From Paraspadella gotoi (lineage: Eukaryota; Animalia; Chaetognatha), in NCBI GenBank assembly GCA_051294375.1, contig CM119263.1:4677494-4696510 (forward strand): a stretch of DNA of 19,017 nucleotides, written 5' to 3'. Within the stretch, counting starts at the first letter, position 1, and each line of letters opens with the position of its first letter. The translations under genes were made by a program, and so were the position numbers. Below the pieces are notes generated by a model. It made no database searches and was not told the origin of the DNA. It saw only the letters and a program-made list of their open reading frames with translations. This document shows, piece by piece, positions 8,773 to 19,017 of this stretch.

Positions 8773-8871
8773 AATCGAATATCAACAATAATTGGAAAAG
8801 TGTCTCTGGAGATTTTGAGGTTTGATCCATCCCCCTCGCTCCCTCCCGACACCTGGGGAATCTCATACGAT

Positions 8872-9122
8872 GCAGGGAGATGGAGATGGAGACGGTGGGG
8901 GGAGGGGGATGGGAGATGGGGGAAAGTTGGAGAAAGATGGGGGAGGATATGGGGAAAAGTTGGGGTAGAGATAGGGAAAAGTAGAAAGAGAAGGAGAAGA
9001 AGGAGCAGAGATGGGTGTAGAGATTGGGAAGAGATGGGAAAGAAGGGTTAGAGATGGGGGGAAGAGGGTAAGAGATGAAAAGAGGGGAGGAGATAGTAAA
9101 TAGATGGCGAAAGAGATGGGGA
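8872..9122 (+). repeat. Purine-rich degenerate (GAGATGGG)-type repeat
   Basis: Many GAGATGG(G) units and G runs. Confidence 0.75.
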
Positions 9123-9699
9123 ATCAATAGGGTTAAGATTGAAAAAGAAATTGGAAGATATGCATCATTTTATAGAAAAAGACAATGTTTTAAATGGAAT
9201 AGAAGAATATATGTCTATGGGGTTTGAGATGTTTAAAAAGAGACGGGAGCAATATCTGTCGTGTGTAAAAGATGGCAATGGATGATGTGAAACTCTCATC
9301 GGTGATAATGAGAAGATGACAAAATAAAAAGGATTTGAATAAAAAATACAAAAAAAAAAAAAGAAAAATGAAGGAGTGAAAAAATTGGATTCTTAATCGA
9401 AATTTTAAAGGAATTTCCTTTTTTTTTCGAATTAAGAAAAAGAATTTCCGGATCGATAAATATCGTAATAACGAATTTTGTTTCCGGGTCACTTTTCACC
9501 AAAAACCAAGGATCGATTACGCGTTTTGTGAGAGATTGATAATTAAATCACACCCTCTAACGGCGAAAACGCGAAAACAAGAATTTACTGTAAGAGGACT
9601 CAATTTCATACAGTATCGCTACATTAAGAGGAGGTTTTAGGATGACTATCGTGCCCCGCAGTTAATTGCAATGCAATGAAATAAATTTGATAAATTGGT

Positions 9700-10200
9700 T
9701 TAAGGGGAGGAGCATCAATTTTTGGGCCTAATTCATTAGTTAGAGCTAATTTTCTACTTTAGAAACGTCGAAAACCGCAGCCCTCTATCATTTCGGAAAC
9801 CGGAGATATAGAGGTTACCAATGAATTTCTTTGAAAAATTCCAGACGCCAAACGGAATGACGGAGGACTTTCATTTTTGGTCCAATATCCTTACCTGAAT
9901 ATCTAGGTCCTACCGCATCCTTTTTTTAATATTCTTCCATCTTCATAGAAAAAAGTACAAAAGATTGAAATGGCCAAATCTTGTGAACGCAAAAAAAATA
10001 TTAGAAAATTTTTTTTCGTCAAAAATCGATGCGGTAGGACTGCGTAATCTCCTAAATTATCTAATGAACAGGTCGCGGCTATTTTTATCTTTCTTTATTT
10101 GTTTTATGTGAATTTTTTTTCGTTCAAAAACTTTTTATTCGATTTTGGAAAACTTTTCACGTAAGGACATTTTTTTTCTTTAAATTTCAAGAAAATTTTT
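9700..10200. mobile_element. Probable non-autonomous DNA transposon remnant
   Basis: Starts TTAA-GGGGAGG; internal 13-bp inverted repeat GTCCTACCGCATC (9907-9919) / GATGCGGTAGGAC (10028-10040). Right end not found. Confidence 0.4.
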
Positions 10201-10502
10201 AGTTTTTATTCTACTGCACTAAACAAGAAAGCATAATGAAAGAGATCGCCTACGCCATGGATACTCAGAAACAACAAAGAAAAGTTGTCGTAAAAATCAA
10301 TCGTACCGTCTTAATCTTAATCTTAAAGTTTTTAGATTTTTGATAAAGAAAAAAGAGAATTGGCAAAAGCGTTTGGAGAATAATAACAAAACGTGCAACG
10401 AGGAAAGTGAAATCAACCACCAATCAAGGTAGATAACAAACAAACATAATAAATAAGACAATGTAAAAAATCGCCTTTTGTAATTGTAATCATCGAAGCC
10501 CC

Positions 10503-10725
10503 CTAGCCGTATGACTGATCTTTTTGAGATCTGGCTGGATGACTCAGTGTTAGGATCGGGATCGACACAAAACGATGACGATAATAATGAACAATGGCGG
10601 AAGCAAATGCGACGATTGAGAGCGACGACAAAACGAGTGACGCATAAAGCGACGATTGAAGCAGCAAAAGAGACGAGTGTTGTGTGTCTGCTTGAGTCCG
10701 CTGCTTCAGGAGCTGCAGCAAGGGG
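10503..10725 (-). CDS. Candidate terminal exon of an unidentified membrane protein
   Basis: Pyrimidine tract plus AAG acceptor, then PLLQLLKQRTQADTQHSSLLLLQSSLYASLVLSSLSIVAFASAIVHYYRHRFVSIPILTLSHPARSQKDQSYG* (hydrophobic stretch followed by basic residues). Other frames are also open, so strand is uncertain. Confidence 0.3.
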
Positions 10726-10887
10726 CTTCGATGAAAAAAGTCCCAAAAAAAAATAAACAAAAAGTGAATCAATGAATTGTAAATCGCCTTAGCGATTACT
10801 TTACCCTTGAATTTTTGGTCATTTTTTTTTTAATTTTTTTTTTCAATCATTTTTTTATAAGAGCTTTTTATTCATTTTTTATTAACA

Positions 10888-11714
10888 GCAAGTTGAAAAA
10901 AGTATGCAAGTTAAAAAAATATGCAAGTTAAAAAAATATGCAAGTTAAAAAATATGCAAGTTAAAAAATGTATGCAAGTTGAAAAAATATGCAAGTTAAA
11001 AATTATGCAAGTTAAAAAAGTATGCAAGTTGAAAAAAGTATGCAAGTTGAAAAAAGTATGCAAGTTGAAAAATTATGCAAGTTGAAAAAATTATGCAGTT
11101 AAAAAAATTATGCAAGTTGAAAAAATTATGTAAGTTGAAAAAATTATCTAAGTTGAAAAAATTATGCGAGTTAAAAAAATTATGCGAGTTGAAAAATTAT
11201 GCGAGTTAAAAAAATTATGCGAGTTAAAAAAATTATGCGAGTTAAAAAAATTATACGAGTTAAAAAAAATTATGCGAGTTGAAAAAATTATGCGAGTTAA
11301 AAAATTATGCGAGTTAAAAAAATTATGCGAGTGAAAAATTATGCGAGTTGAAAAATTATGCGAGTTGAAAAAATTATGCGAGTTGAAAAAATTATACGAG
11401 TTGAAAAATTATGCGAGTTGAAAAAATTATGCGAGTTGAAAAAAATATGTGAGTTGAAAAAAATTATGCGAGTTGAAAAAATTATGCAAGTTGAAAAAAT
11501 TATGCGAGTTGAAAAAATTATGCGAGTTGAAAAAATTATGCGAGTTGAAAAAATTATGCAAGTTGAAAAATTATGCAAGTTGAAAAAATTATGCGAGTTG
11601 AAAAAATTATGCAAGTTGAAAAAATTATGCAAGTTGAAAAAATTATGCGAGTTGAAAAAATTATGCAAGCTGAAAAAATTATGCAAGCTGAAAAAATTAC
11701 GTAAGTTGAAAAAA
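10888..11714 (+). repeat. 19-bp satellite/minisatellite (GCRAGTTGAAAAAATTAT core, variable A-run), ~43 units, degenerate tail to ~11833
   Basis: Directly visible head-to-tail units. Confidence 0.97.
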
Positions 11715-12400
11715 TAAAAAATAAAAAAGGTGAAAAAATAAAAAGTTGAAAGGGTGAAAAAATCAAAAAGTTAAAAAAAGTATGGAAGTTGAAAAAAAAT
11801 GATTATAAGTAAAAAGAATGTGCAAGTTAAAAAACATATTATTAGTGCTACAGTCACAGTTTAGTTTAAGCCCTTGAACGCGATTTACATGTATTGGTGC
11901 CGCCACTGTGTAATTGATCAGATCTTTGTATTTTTGGCCTATTCATCAAAGAAAAAAATAACGACGACACTTATGGCGACGACGACAATGATAATACCGA
12001 TGCTGATTGATAAATTAATTAATTGATTGATGATTAATTGATTTAATTGATTGATTTAGGCAGATACGCGCTTTTTCCTGTGTGTCCTGAAGGAAGATTC
12101 CGAGTTTTCACCTCCGTCTCCGCCTCTCAAAAAAGGTTCCGTCAACTGAGGACACCAAACATCAGATTTATTTTAATTTGAATGAAATGAAATGAAATGA
12201 AACAGAACCAAAACTTTTTATTTTTTTCTCAGATAAGTTTTACGTTAGAAAGCTCAAAGTTTTAATCTCCTCATCATGAGGCTCATGGAATCACAGTCAA
12301 GTTGAGTCTACTACTATGGATCTATAAATAGATAAAACATTCGTTTCGGGCGAGGGGGATCAGGATTCCGGGTTTTCACGCTTTTTTTTTGGTCACCTCT

Positions 12401-13020
12401 TAATTCCCGCCAGAAGATCGAATTAATATTATAAAAATGGTTAGATTTCGAAAGCGGGGCGTCTTGGGAAGCCCGTGTCGGTGGAGCACTCGAAAAATTC
12501 GGTCATCTTGATATGGTACGATGGACCCAAAGTGGACTGGTTTTTACGGAATTTTCACTGTCGTAACTTGAACTTACTCGTTCTCCGAGACTAGACCAAA
12601 TATATACATATGGTTACACAGTCAGATAGATTTTCGATTTGTCTAAAACAGGGTATCTAATTTTTTTTAAATTTTTACCAAGCTTGCTTGTTTTATTTAA
12701 CAATCCTGTTAAAGAGTTTTTCGGCCTAATTCCCGCGTGTCGCCAGTCTTAATTAGTCTTTTAAACTGACTGAGAGATCAATTTCTGCGTTGTCTTATGT
12801 TCTGGGTGGAGCACTCGAAAAAATTTAAGTGTTTTTGATATGAAATAAGAGGAAATCATTGACTTTTGTTTGCTCTGGGATTCTTTACACGGCCCTGAAC
12901 GCTCATAACTTACGTTACCGTCAGAACCAAACCGAGAGCCATGCACTTCATCGAGCCAGCCGCGGTTCACGAATCAGAGGTTTTTTGACTCGCGTGTTTA
13001 TAAACATTATTCCCGCCGAT
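12401..13020 (+). repeat. Diverged ~325-bp direct duplication (likely transposon internal repeats)
   Basis: TAATTCCCGC at 12401 and 12727; GTGGAGCACTCGAAAAA at 12481 and 12806, each followed by TTGATATG; ATTCCCGCC again near 13009. Confidence 0.6.
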
Positions 13021-13222
13021 TTTTTCCTTTTTTTTTTACGAAAATTATAATGGAAACATAGAATTTTACGTTAAATATGTACATTTATTGTTATTTTTTT
13101 TTAAATTTGGAGATTTCGTAAAACTGCGGCGTTTTGACCAGGAGTCACGACTAAGTTACAAACAGTTTGCGAGAACCTTCACCTATTTGCCCAAAAGTTA
13201 AACAGGCTTCATCATACGAGTA

Positions 13223-13607
13223 CTGAGGCGACTTACCACCGGTCTCTCTCTCTAAACCCTTCCTCTCTCCTCTTTCTTTGAGCCGGTCTATCCACACGGT
13301 CACCTTGCCCTAGCTTTAGCAATGACCTAGATTGACCGGACACAGTAATAGGGCCGAGGAGACCGTAAGGTCAAGTTGGTCCGGGTGATGATAAAAGTGG
13401 ATCAGGAGAGAGCTCGTCTCACTTCTTTTCTACTTCTCTTACATCGTCCGGACAACTTGACCTTACGGTCTCCTCGGCCCTATTACTGTGTCCGGTCAAT
13501 CTAAGGTCATTGCCAAAGCGAGGGCAAAGTGACCGTGTGGATAGACGGCTCGGAGAAAGAGGAGAAAGGAAGACGAGAGAGAGACCGGTGGTGGTAAGTC
13601 GCCTCAG
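13223..13607. mobile_element. Foldback MITE with ~165-bp inverted arms, putative TA target duplication
   Basis: CTGAGGCGACTTACCACC...GGTGGTAAGTCGCCTCAG termini; perfect 51-bp match between 13328-13378 and 13453-13503; flanks ag-TA | TA-ct. Confidence 0.8.
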
Positions 13608-13898
13608 TACTATAATATTGTCATTTTCGAACTATTCAAAATATTATTATTGCTGTTAATTTTATGAAACTTGTCCCATTACAAAAAAAAGTTATTCAAA
13701 ATAATTTTTTTTTTAATCTCTATTATTTAATGGCACACAAAAAGAGAGTGGCAAGTTATAATATTTTTTTATGTAAAGACTCTATTAGCGAAATTGTTTT
13801 GCGGACTTGATACTGCCATTCGAGGATGCTGTTACGGTTATAACGTTCATACTGAAGAGACCGATAATTGTTGTGTAATGACAGAACCGTTCAATATA

Positions 13899-13975
13899 AG
13901 CAGTTCCCTGAGCTTCGGATCAGGCTGTAACACCATGTTACAGGCGGGTTAAGCGCCCCGTCCCTCTTAACTGCT
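13899..13975 (-). ncRNA. Twister ribozyme, P5-type circular permutation
   Basis: Minus strand AGCAGTT AA GAGG GA CGG GGCGCT TAA CCC GC CTGTAACA tgg TGTTACAG CCTGA TCCGAAGC TCAGG G AACTGCT. P5 (7 bp), P3 (8 bp) and P4 (5 bp) are perfect, L4 fits UNNNAAGC, and both pseudoknots (CGG/CCG, GC/GC) can form. Predicted U^A cleavage is between 13951 and 13950. Confidence 0.8.
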
Positions 13976-13977
13976 AG

Positions 13978-14048
13978 GCGACCACCGGGCTAGAACCCGG
14001 ACCTTTGGGTTGGGAGGCGAATGACTTGCCTCTGGCACCAATAGCCGC
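13978..14048 (-). pseudogene. tRNA-derived head (Pol III A/B boxes), not a functional tRNA
   Basis: Acceptor GCGGCTA/TGGTCGC, A-box-like TGGTGCCAGAGG, T arm CCGGG-TTCTAG-CCCGG (6-nt loop), broken anticodon stem. Confidence 0.75.
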
Positions 14049-14383
14049 TGACGAATGGTTGGTGGATTTTATCCACCATAATACCATGATGGAAAAAAAA
14101 GTGGTTACTTTCCAGCTATTTTTGGCATTTAATGTAAGAATTAAAAAATATGATTTAAATATTAAAAAATTTAACATTTTGTAATTTATAAGTTGTTTTA
14201 TTTATGTTATGATAAAAAATATAAAAGTTCTATGCAAAAGAATATAAGTTATTTAAAAAAATGTTTTTCTTTTTTTTATATCTATACTTTTATTTATACT
14301 ATTCTGGTTAATTTTTAATATTTTTTAAATTAAACCGTTATTATTAAACAAGTTTGAGCAAACAATGTCGGATCTGCCTACGA

Positions 14384-14495
14384 TAATTAATTAATTAATT
14401 GATTAATTAATTAATTAATAGTTAATTAATTAATTAATAGATTAATTAATTAATTAATTAATAGATTAATTAATTAATTAATAGATTAATTATAA
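14384..14495. repeat. (TTAA)n microsatellite with periodic TAGA interruptions
   Basis: Directly visible. Confidence 0.9.
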
Positions 14496-14894
14496 TTTAT
14501 ATTCAGCTTGCATCATCGATGTCCTTAAAATTGGAGTCAGGACAGTTATTAATGTTTTGTTTACATTTTATCAAAACAAACAAATATCCTCTATTATCGA
14601 GCCAGGCGGGCAAAGCCCGTCTGTCTAGATTTTTTTTCGGTTTAGCTTTCGGTCTCGCTTTTTTGCAATCATGGCTTCTGAAAGTGTGATATCATAGGGA
14701 GTTGAATTTTCATATATGGCTTCTAATCATCAAGATCTTTAAAATTCTCATGTTTCATATCAATATTGGTATTTGTTTATGTTTTATTTACAAACAAAAA
14801 CGTTTTATTATATGTCGCTCTCTCTCTCTCTCTCTTTTTCTCCGTCACTGCTTCTTCTAAAAACGAGTTCCGGCTCTGCAGCGTCTGTCCAGCT

Positions 14895-14935
<41 letters not shown>

Positions 14936-14985
14936 TACAAAAAAATTTTTAGATATAATGTGGGTTCACTAATGTAAAAAACGAT

Positions 14986-15056
14986 GCCTGTGAACAGGGC
15001 GCGAACCCGGGTCCTTTGGGTAGAGAATAGCTCACGCTACGTGCGGCGCCATAAGT
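14986..15056 (-). pseudogene. Second degenerate tRNA-derived head
   Basis: Minus strand ACTTATGGCGCCGCACG...ACCCAAAGGACCCGGGTTCGCGCCCTGTTCACAGGC; B-box-like GGTTCGCGCCC; shares ACCCAAAGG.CC.GGGTTC with 13978-14048; followed by T6. Confidence 0.6.
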
Positions 15057-15382
15057 ACTGCTGATTCTTTAACGAGTAAAGGGCTGTAGAGCTTCTCTCT
15101 CTCTCTCTCTTTTAATTATTATATATCGCTCTTTCTCTTTTTCTCTGCAGCGGCTGTCTCTCTCTCTCTCTCTCTTTTTCTCTCTCTCTTCTCTGTCTCT
15201 CTGTCTCTCTGTGTGTGTCTGTCCCTATCTGTCCGATCTTTTGCGTGATCGTTTGTTTTTTGAAAAATTCTGATTATTTTTTTCCTTCTAAAAACTTTTT
15301 ATTATTGCCATTTATTCCGCGCTTTTTTCAATACAAAATCCCATATTTTCATCCGAGATTTCGTGGATTTATTCTCTTTCTT

Positions 15383-15420
<38 letters not shown>

Positions 15421-15500
15421 TTCTCTCTCTCTCTTTCTTTCTCTCTCTCTCTTTCTCTCTCTCTCTCTTTCACTCATACACGCAATTTGTTTGTTTTTAT

Positions 15501-15720
15501 TGACTATCATCGATCAATGAATGACAATCATCGCATCAATGAATGACAATCATCGCATCACTGAATGACTTATCATCACAGCAGTGAATGACTATCATCG
15601 CATCAATAATTGATTATCATCGAATCAATAATCAATTCCTATTACATCAATAAATTACTATTACATCAATCAATTAGTATTACCTCAATCAATTACTAGT
15701 AACATCAACAATTCGTTATC
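15501..15720 (+). repeat. 22-bp minisatellite TGACWATCATCGCATCAATGAA decaying to the right
   Basis: Six clear units, then shorter diverged units. Confidence 0.85.
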
Positions 15721-15880
15721 GCATGATTCATTCGTTTTTTTCCCGGTTTTTTCATTAATTTTCTATGATAGTGGGCTCTGGCTCGATCTTGAGTCTTTTA
15801 AGATTTTTTTATTTTATGTCTCCTTCTCTCTCTCTCTCTCTCACTCTCTCTCTTTCTCTCTCACTCTCTCTCTCTCTCTC

Positions 15881-15911
<31 letters not shown>

Positions 15912-16000
15912 TTTTATGCAATAGCGACGATCCTTATGCTTTTAAGATTTTTTTAACTTGCATCATTTTTTCAACTTTCATAATTTTTTTCAACTTGCAT

Positions 16001-17103
16001 TCCGTCAAAACTTTATATCTAGCTTCTTCACTCACTTTCCTACCGCTCACAAAATTCATCTCAATCTATCATGGGTTAAAATAAATAAAAAGATTCAAGT
16101 AAATGTGACTCATATTTTTTTCATTTAAAACTCATTTCCACTGGTACGTTTCCACTGAAACTTTATATCAAGCTTCGTTCATACGTTTTCCTACCCACAC
16201 ACAAAAATTTCAACTCAATCTATCCATCCAATTATGATTAATTGGAGTATTTATTGGTTAAAATAAGTAAAAAAGATTTTAGTAAATTCGACTTATGTTT
16301 TTTCCATTTAAACTAATTTCCACTCACACGATTCCATCGAAATTTTATATCCAGCTTTATCACACACTTTCCTACCACACACAAAATTTAATTCCAATCC
16401 AACCAGCCAATCACGAGTTATTGGGCTTTTTGCTAAGATGGGACGGATGGACGATGATTGACTATTAATTAATTATTGATTAATTTATTTACTAATTGAT
16501 TAATTAACTGATTAATTATTTGATTTATTAATACATCCTGCAGATACATTTAATATAAAAGGAAAAAGAAGCATAATCAATTAGTAAAACAGGTTTTTTG
16601 TTTTTTTTCCATTTAAACTCATTTCCACTCAAACTATTCCATCGAAACTTGATTTCCTGTTCAATCACACACTTTCCTACCCACATACAAAATTCCAGGT
16701 CATATCAGCCCATCCACTCATGAGCAATGGTGTTCAAATAGTGAATATATTTTTTTTGTTTTTTCCATTTAAACTCATTTCCACTCGGACGATTCCATCG
16801 AAACTTAATATCCAGCTCAATCACACACTTACCTATCCACACACAAAATTTCATTTAAATCCATCCATCCAATCACGAGTAATTGGTGTTTTTGCTAAGG
16901 TGGACGGACGGACGGACGGACGGACAGACAGACGGACGGACGACATCATTTTTTTTGCATAATTTATCATAATTCGATGTTCTGACATGATATAAGTGTG
17001 TGCCCGACAATATTGAGGGGGCGGACCGACGGACCGAAAAAAGTGAGTTATAAAAAGTGAGTTATAGAGTCGGGATCTGCTGATAAGCAGATCGACTAAA
17101 AAT
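16001..17103 (-). mobile_element. Helentron/HINE-like element with internal ~160-185 bp tandem units
   Basis: Minus-strand start TTTTTAGTCG-ATCTGCTTATCAGCAGAT-CC-CGACTCTATAA, then CGGTCCGTCGGTC and a (GTCC/GTCT)n block at 16902-16943. CCATTTAAACTCATTTCCACT units occur at ~16121, 16303, 16608 and 16764, plus a partial unit at 16001. Confidence 0.75.
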
Positions 17104-17316
17104 CCTTACTTTATTTTTTGTTCATGTCATATGGTTTTTTTGNNNNNNNNNNNNNNNNNNNNNNNNNGAAAGTGGGGAAAAGAGCAAAGGAAGGTAGGAG
17201 TTTGGTTGTGGTGGAAGATTGTGTGGGCAAGATGTGGGGGAGAGAAAGGAGAATGTGGAGAGCGAGCGGAAATCCTGATTCGTGAGCAAAATTGGCGCTA
17301 AGAGTAAGGACAGGTG

Positions 17317-17445
17317 GTTTGTCGGGTATGGAGTTTGTCGGGCAGAGAGATTTTTCGAGCAGGCGTATATGTCGGTCATAGTGGTGTGGCGGGAAGATAA
17401 GTTTGTCGGGCAGGGAGATTTGTCGGATAGAAATCTTGCCCGGGG
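17317..17445 (+). repeat. Degenerate TTTGTCGGG-core short repeats
   Basis: TTTGTCGG and variants recur at roughly 16-bp spacing. Confidence 0.55.
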
Positions 17446-17784
17446 AAAGAGGTTTTCTGCAATGGAAAGTTAGGCGGACAGAAAATCTTAAGGAAAAAGG
17501 TTAATCAAGTGTGAAAAAGTGAAAAAGTGAAAAAATGTAAAGTTTTTTTTTATTTTATGGAGATTTCATTGAATTGAAAAAGACAGGATATAATGGCAAA
17601 TGTCAGAATCTTATAACTTGGATGTTGCAAAGTGGTTCAGCTTATAATCATATTTTTGAATGTTCAATTTACTGCCATTCAACTGGAAATACTTTTTTTT
17701 CACATTAAACTTAAAACTCATCGATTTAATTAAGAATTAATCAGTTTACTTTTGGTAAAAACCACGTGTCACTTTGACGAAGTT

Positions 17785-17815
<31 letters not shown>

Positions 17816-18238
17816 GACAACATTTTTTAAGATATTAAGGGTTAAGTCTTAAGATGATTAGTTTTAAAACATAAAAAATATTTTACGTGACTTTTAAGGC
17901 CCGAAAATAATTCATTTGACAAAAAGTAAACATTCAATATCAAGAGGTTTTGACTAATATAATTTATGGTCAGATTAATAGCTTCTTGAAAACATTAGAT
18001 GTTACGAGGGTTAAAGTTAATTTATCATCGAGTTCAATTGGTTTTCTGGGAATTAAAATAACTTTGTTTTGATAATGGGATGATGCACGATACAGAATAC
18101 CCAATTACATAAATATCGTGATTAAATTAAAAAATGCGACCCGTTATAAATATGCTTTTTATTTTGTTTTGTTTTATTGTTATATATGTATGAAAATTAT
18201 ATTTTGTATAAGTTTTGCATAATTAAATTCGTCTTCAG

Positions 18239-18272
18239 AAAAAACTAAAGACCTTAAAGACGACGATGACGA

Positions 18273-18305
<33 letters not shown>

Positions 18306-18474
18306 TGAAGGTGAAGAAGAGGATGACGAGAAGGACGACGACGACGACGACGACGACCTAAGAATGATGTCCAGCTGTAAAAAATACGATCCGAGCGTAA
18401 AAAGCTTTTTTTTTTGGTTTTCGACTGACGTTAATTTCTTTTGGATTTTCACGCCATCTGAATTTAAAAAATAA
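18239..18474 (+). CDS. Candidate exon with Asp/Glu tract (or plain GAC microsatellite)
   Basis: TTCGTCTTCAG acceptor, then open frame KTKDLK-(D)n-EGEEEDDEK-(D)n-LRMMSSCKKYDPS; possible donor AGC|GTAAAA at 18396/18397 or stop at 18472-18474. Confidence 0.3.
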
Positions 18475-19017
18475 CTTTTTTAAGGTTGTGAGCCTCCGTC
18501 ACTAAAGTCAATTCTTACAACAGTTTCTCGTCTTGTAAACGAAAAAAATAATAAAAAAAAATTATTAAGAACTTCCGTCGTTAAGCCGTCAAATTCTCTC
18601 TCNNNNNNNNNNNNNNNNNNNNNNNNNNNNNNNNNNNNNNNNNNNNNNNNNNNNNNNNNNNNNNNNNNNNNNNNNNNNNNNNNNNNNNNNNNNNNNNNNN
18701 NNNNNNNNNNNNNNNNNNNNNNNNNNNNNNNNNNNNNNNNNNNNNNNNNNNNNNNNNNNNNNNNNNNNNNNNNNNNNNNNNNNNNNNNNNNNNNNNNNNN
18801 NNNNNNNNCTCATTTTTTTCCCGCTTTATTTGTTTGTTTTCTTAATTTTTCAAAAAGAGAATTTTTTTACAAGAAAATTGCGTGAAAAATGATTTCATCG
18901 TCTAAAGGACGACGACGACGACGACGACGACNNNNNNNNNNAGCACACTTTTATCTCAGTTCTTAAAAAGACGATTGGACTCGGACTGTACAGTAAACTA
19001 CAGTAAGTTCAGATTCT

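Larger units (their letters stand above)
13763..14048 (-). mobile_element. tRNA-derived SINE-like element with embedded twister-like ribozyme
   Basis: tRNA-like head 14048-13978, structured domain 13975-13899, GC-balanced body, A-rich tail near 13770-13763 (3' end approximate). Confidence 0.7.
14594..15810 (+). mobile_element. Putative Helentron/HINE-like element, second family
   Basis: 5' TT-ATCGAGCCAG (14596-14605) opens hairpin GGCGGGC-AAA-GCCCGTC. The 3' inverse CTGGCTCGAT (15778-15787) is followed by hairpin ATCTTGAG-TCT-TTTAAGAT and a T run. Confidence 0.5.

Noticed and set aside
10888-11766. CRISPR array or repeat proteins (ORFs 11339-11686, 11358-11717, 11554-11766)
   Set aside because: Head-to-tail 19-mers with no unique spacers and no cas genes; the ORFs are translations of the satellite.
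13830-13865. Deu/Nin-type SINE core domain
   Set aside because: Only a loose resemblance from memory; needs a Dfam/SINEBase alignment.
13978-14048. Functional tRNA-Gly(CCC)
   Set aside because: Anticodon stem does not pair, T loop is 6 nt, and it runs into a SINE-like body.

Overview
AT-rich, repeat-dense eukaryotic (probably invertebrate animal) DNA with ten N gaps. Most ORFs in the supplied track are artefacts of microsatellites or N runs. (1) A spliced + strand Ctr/SLC31 copper transporter gene, missed by the ORF track, has exons <=1513-1523, 1810-~1959, 2330-2478 and 2913-3032; its N-terminus lies in a gap. (2) The most interesting signal is a compact, circularly permuted (P5-type) twister-ribozyme-like fold on the - strand in two unrelated small repeats. 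One copy (13899-13975) sits directly behind the tRNA-derived head of a SINE-like element. Another (3815-3891, P4 damaged; half-copy at 2648-2680) sits inside a 230-270 bp TGT...ACA element present twice. Both share an unusual architecture (6-nt palindromic P1, 3-bp P2 with a bulged A) and show pseudoknot covariation. The window also holds a ~390 bp foldback MITE, three Helentron/HINE-like elements, a 19-bp satellite, several mini/microsatellites and a few weak candidate exons. All calls were made by eye; no search or folding was run.
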